This document shows positions 61,371-64,000 of a stretch of DNA of 64,000 nucleotides, piece by piece. The position numbers and the translations under genes are program-made. Origin of the DNA: an uncultured bacterium (lineage in GTDB: Bacteria; Krumholzibacteriota; Krumholzibacteriia; JACNKJ01). How positions within the stretch are numbered: the stretch's first letter is position 1; each line of letters opens with the position of its first letter. Location: contig CAVOFT010000001.1 in NCBI GenBank assembly GCA_963695095.1, positions 3,104,001-3,168,000 of the forward strand, given 5' to 3'. The notes beneath the pieces were generated by a model, which saw only the letters and a program-made list of their open reading frames with translations, searched no databases and was not told the DNA's origin.

Positions 61371-62428
61371 GCGCGCTCGTTCTCCAGGGCAAGGCGAGCA
61401 ATCTCCGCCACCAAGGCGGGGAAGTCAAGCCCGGCGGCCGCAGCCGCCATCGGGAAGAGGCTGGTCTCCGTCATGCCGGGAATCGTGTTCACCTCGAGAC
61501 AGAAGGGCGTGCCGTCCGGTGCGAGGCGGAAGTCCACGCGGGCCAGGTGCCGGCAGCCGAGCAGGCGCCAGGCCGCGAGCGCGTCGGCCTGGACGCGGGC
61601 GGCCAGCGCGGCCGGCAGGTCGGCCGGGCAGGCGTAGCGGGTGCGGCCCTTCTCGTACTTGTGCTCGTAGTCGTAGAGGCCGCCCGTCGCGAGGATCTCC
61701 ACGAGCGGCAGCGCGCGGCCGCCGAGCACGGCCGCCGTCAGCTCGCGGCCGGGGATGAAGGTCTCCACGAGAAGCTCGCCCGAGACGGCGAGGACGCCGG
61801 GCAGCGCGGCCAGGGCCGCCTCGCGGCTCTCCAGCACGGCCAGGCCCACGCTCGAGCCCTCGCGGTTGGGCTTGATCACCGCGGGCCAGCCGGGATCGGC
61901 CTCGATGCGCCGGGCCAGCTCCTCAATATAGAGGGGATCGCCCTCGCGGCGGGCCGGCACCTCGATGAGGTAGCCCGCCGGCACGGCCAGGCCGCCGTCG
62001 CGGAAAAGCGCCTTGCTGCGCCACTTGTCCATGGCCAGGGCGCTGGCGGCCATGCCGCAACCCGTGTAGGGCACGCCGAGCCAGTCCAGCAGGGCCTGCA
62101 CGGTGCCGTCTTCGCCGCTGCCCCCGTGCAGGGCGTTGAAGACGAGATCCGGCCGCCAGCCGCCGCCTTCCTGTCGCGGGGCGAGTGCCTGGCTCAGGGC
62201 CTGCGGCGCGGGCAGGGCCTCGGCCGCCGGCCCGCCAGCGCCGTCGCGCGTCTCGGGCAGGGCCTTGAACGCGGCCAGGGGCAGGGCCGGCCGCTCGGGA
62301 CGGCCGGTGTCGAGCAGGCGCAGATCCCAGCCGAGCCCCTCCAGAGCGCCGGCCACGGCCAGGCCCGTTTTCAGGCTGATGGCGCGCTCGTTCGAGCGGC
62401 CGCCAACGAGAACCACGATGCGCGCCAT
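61367..62428 (-). CDS. ddl: D-alanine--D-alanine ligase
   Basis: GGRSNERAISL, LHGGSGEDG, EGSSVG, YDYEHKY, EVNTIPGMT. Confidence 0.95.
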   Translation of the reverse strand: MARIVVLVGGRSNERAISLKTGLAVAGALEGLGWDLRLLDTGRPERPALPLAAFKALPETRDGAGGPAAEALPAPQALSQALAPRQEGGGWRPDLVFNALHGGSGEDGTVQALLDWLGVPYTGCGMAASALAMDKWRSKALFRDGGLAVPAGYLIEVPARREGDPLYIEELARRIEADPGWPAVIKPNREGSSVGLAVLESREAALAALPGVLAVSGELLVETFIPGRELTAAVLGGRALPLVEILATGGLYDYEHKYEKGRTRYACPADLPAALAARVQADALAAWRLLGCRHLARVDFRLAPDGTPFCLEVNTIPGMTETSLFPMAAAAAGLDFPALVAEIARLALENERA

Positions 62429-62506
62429 GCTGCCTCCGCGAGATGATGTCCCCTGGCCGCGCAGCCTAGCATGGGCTCGAGCGGCCGCCCAAGCGATTCG
62501 CAGGGC

Positions 62507-63376
62507 CTAGCCGTCGGCCTCCAGGGCCCGCCGGGACTCGGCGAACTGGGCCTTGGTTTCCGCCGAGAGCTCGGGATAGCGCAGGCGCATGCGCCGGAGC
62601 GCCGAGACCACGATCTCGGCCACGGCCAGGCGGGCGAAGGGCTGGTCGTCGGCGGGGATGGCGAACCAGGGCGCCCAGGACCGGCTGGTCGCGGCGAGCG
62701 TCTCGCCGAAGGCGGCGAGGTAGTCGTCCCAGCGCCGGCGCTCGGCAAGGTCGCCGGGGTCGAACTTCCATTGCTTGTGCGGGCGGTTCAGGCGCGAGAG
62801 CAGGCGACGGCGCTGCTCCCTGCGCGAGACGTTGAGCCAAAATTTGAGCACCATGGTGCCGTTGCGCGCCAGGTGCTGCTCGTAGTCGCGGATGGAGGCA
62901 TAGCGCTCCTGCCAGAGCTCCTCCAGGGGCAGCTCCCGCGGCAGCTTCTGGGCGACGAGGAACTCGGGGTGCACGCGCACGACGAGCACTTCCTCGTAGT
63001 AGCTGCGGTTGAAGACGCCGATCATGCCCCGCTCGGGCAAATGGCAGCTGCAGCGCCAAAGGAAGTCGTGGGCCAGTTCCTCCACGCTGGGCTTCTTGAA
63101 GCTCGTCACGCGGCAGCCCGAGGGGTTCACGCCGGTGAGCAGGTGGCGGATCGTGCTGTCCTTGCCCGCGGCGTCCAGGGCCTGGAAGATGAGCAACAGG
63201 GAGTGCCGGCCCTCGGCGTAGAGCAGCTGCTGCAGGGAGGTCAGCTCGGCAACCTGCTTCGCGAGCGCCTCCTTGCAGGCCTTGGCCCCCGGCGCCTGCC
63301 GGGGCGCGCCCGTGGGATGCCGCCGCGCGTCGAACTTCCCATCGAAGGGCACGCGGTAGGGCGAGGCTTCGATCAT
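62507..63376 (-). CDS. PPK2-family polyphosphate:nucleotide phosphotransferase (class III-like)
   Basis: FQALDAAGKDSTI, HDFLWR, FNRSYYEEVLVVRVH, WKF. Confidence 0.9.
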   Translation of the reverse strand: MIEASPYRVPFDGKFDARRHPTGAPRQAPGAKACKEALAKQVAELTSLQQLLYAEGRHSLLLIFQALDAAGKDSTIRHLLTGVNPSGCRVTSFKKPSVEELAHDFLWRCSCHLPERGMIGVFNRSYYEEVLVVRVHPEFLVAQKLPRELPLEELWQERYASIRDYEQHLARNGTMVLKFWLNVSRREQRRRLLSRLNRPHKQWKFDPGDLAERRRWDDYLAAFGETLAATSRSWAPWFAIPADDQPFARLAVAEIVVSALRRMRLRYPELSAETKAQFAESRRALEADG

Positions 63377-63437
63377 GGCATCCTCCTCAGCTAGTCCGGC
63401 AGCCGGCCGGCCCGCCCCCGGGGGCGGGCGGCGGCGC

Positions 63438-63848
63438 TCAGTCGGCCGTGGCTTCCGCTGCCGGCAGGGCCGGCCGCACCTTGAAGACGCGCTCTTTGCG
63501 AATCTCGACCGTGCCGCGCGGCGCGCCGCGGGGCTTGGTCACGTACTGGGCCTGGGTACCCGACACCGCCACCGTCCCGCCCGCCCGCGCCTTGCTGTGC
63601 CAGGCGGCCACGGCGGCGGCGGCTTCCAGCGCTTCGCGCGGCGGCTCGTCGCCCGCGTCCCCCACCTGGAGCAGCACATGGCTGCCCGGCATGCCCCGCA
63701 CGTGGAACCACCAGTCGCGCGCCCGGGCGATCTTGAGGCTGAGCCGCTCGTTGTCGGCGTCGGTCTTGCCGGCCAGCACGGTCCAGCCGCCGGGCAGCGT
63801 GTAGACGAAGAGGTCCGCCAGCGCGCGGGGATCGACGGGCGGGCTCAC
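63438..63848 (-). CDS. stand-alone NFACT RNA-binding (DUF814) protein
   Basis: VLAGKTDADNERL, WWFHVRGMPGSHV, AAWHSKAR, VTKPRGAPRGTV. Confidence 0.85.
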   Translation of the reverse strand: MSPPVDPRALADLFVYTLPGGWTVLAGKTDADNERLSLKIARARDWWFHVRGMPGSHVLLQVGDAGDEPPREALEAAAAVAAWHSKARAGGTVAVSGTQAQYVTKPRGAPRGTVEIRKERVFKVRPALPAAEATAD

Positions 63849-64000
63849 GCCGCGGCCTCCCCCGACCGCGTAGCGGCTTCGCGCACGCGGGCCTGGGCGT
63901 AGTAGATGAAGAGCAGGGCCACCGGGAAGGCAAGCAGCAGGTCCCAGCCGCAGTCGACGAGCCCCGCCACCCACCAGCGCGCGCTCAGCGCCTCGCCGAA
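63845..64000 (-). CDS. 3' end of a membrane protein (truncated by the window edge)
   Basis: Open frame ...WDLLLAFPVALLFIYYAQARVREAATRSGEAAA*; GTGA overlap with the next gene. Confidence 0.55.
   Translation of the reverse strand, partial: FGEALSARWWVAGLVDCGWDLLLAFPVALLFIYYAQARVREAATRSGEAAA

Noticed and set aside
61367..62428. ddl as a VanA-like D-Ala-D-Lac ligase
   Set aside because: The YDYEHKY omega loop matches D-Ala-D-Ala ligases and there are no van genes nearby

Overview
GC-rich bacterial chromosome segment, probably from an FCB-related candidate lineage (Latescibacterota/Krumholzibacteriota/Eisenbacteria-like). This placement is inferred from FlgD/T9SS-like C-termini and a WGAIKTLY tail. 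1-6.5 kb: PFOR, DHOD-like protein, ADP-forming acyl-CoA synthetase and a CoA-transferase-GNAT fusion. 6.5-12.6 kb: two large secreted proteins. 12.9-25.8 kb: AI-2E transporter, a stand-alone mtEF-G1/spdEFG1-type fusA with a P-loop ATPase gene, ferritin, Hpt, sixA, ppx, ppk2, SRPBCC/DUF378, a rimB-like/rimK/deacylase operon and a secreted WGAIK-tail protein. 26-59 kb (minus strand): tRNAs-tuf-rpmG-secE-nusG-rplKAJL-rpoBC-str-S10-spc-alpha super-cluster ending in tRNA-Asn. 59-64 kb: cysS, btpA, ddl, a second ppk2 and an NFACT-R protein. Several essential genes carry single-base indels, most likely long-read consensus errors. Main oddities: rplC (L3) is cleanly absent from the S10 operon; there are two apparently specialised EF-Gs, the str copy having altered domain IV loops and a strong leader hairpin; TAG ends 30 of 44 genes in the translation cluster; all six tRNA genes encode CC but not CCA; and there is a CarH/LitR-like operator. 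No rRNA, CRISPR or mobile-element genes were seen.
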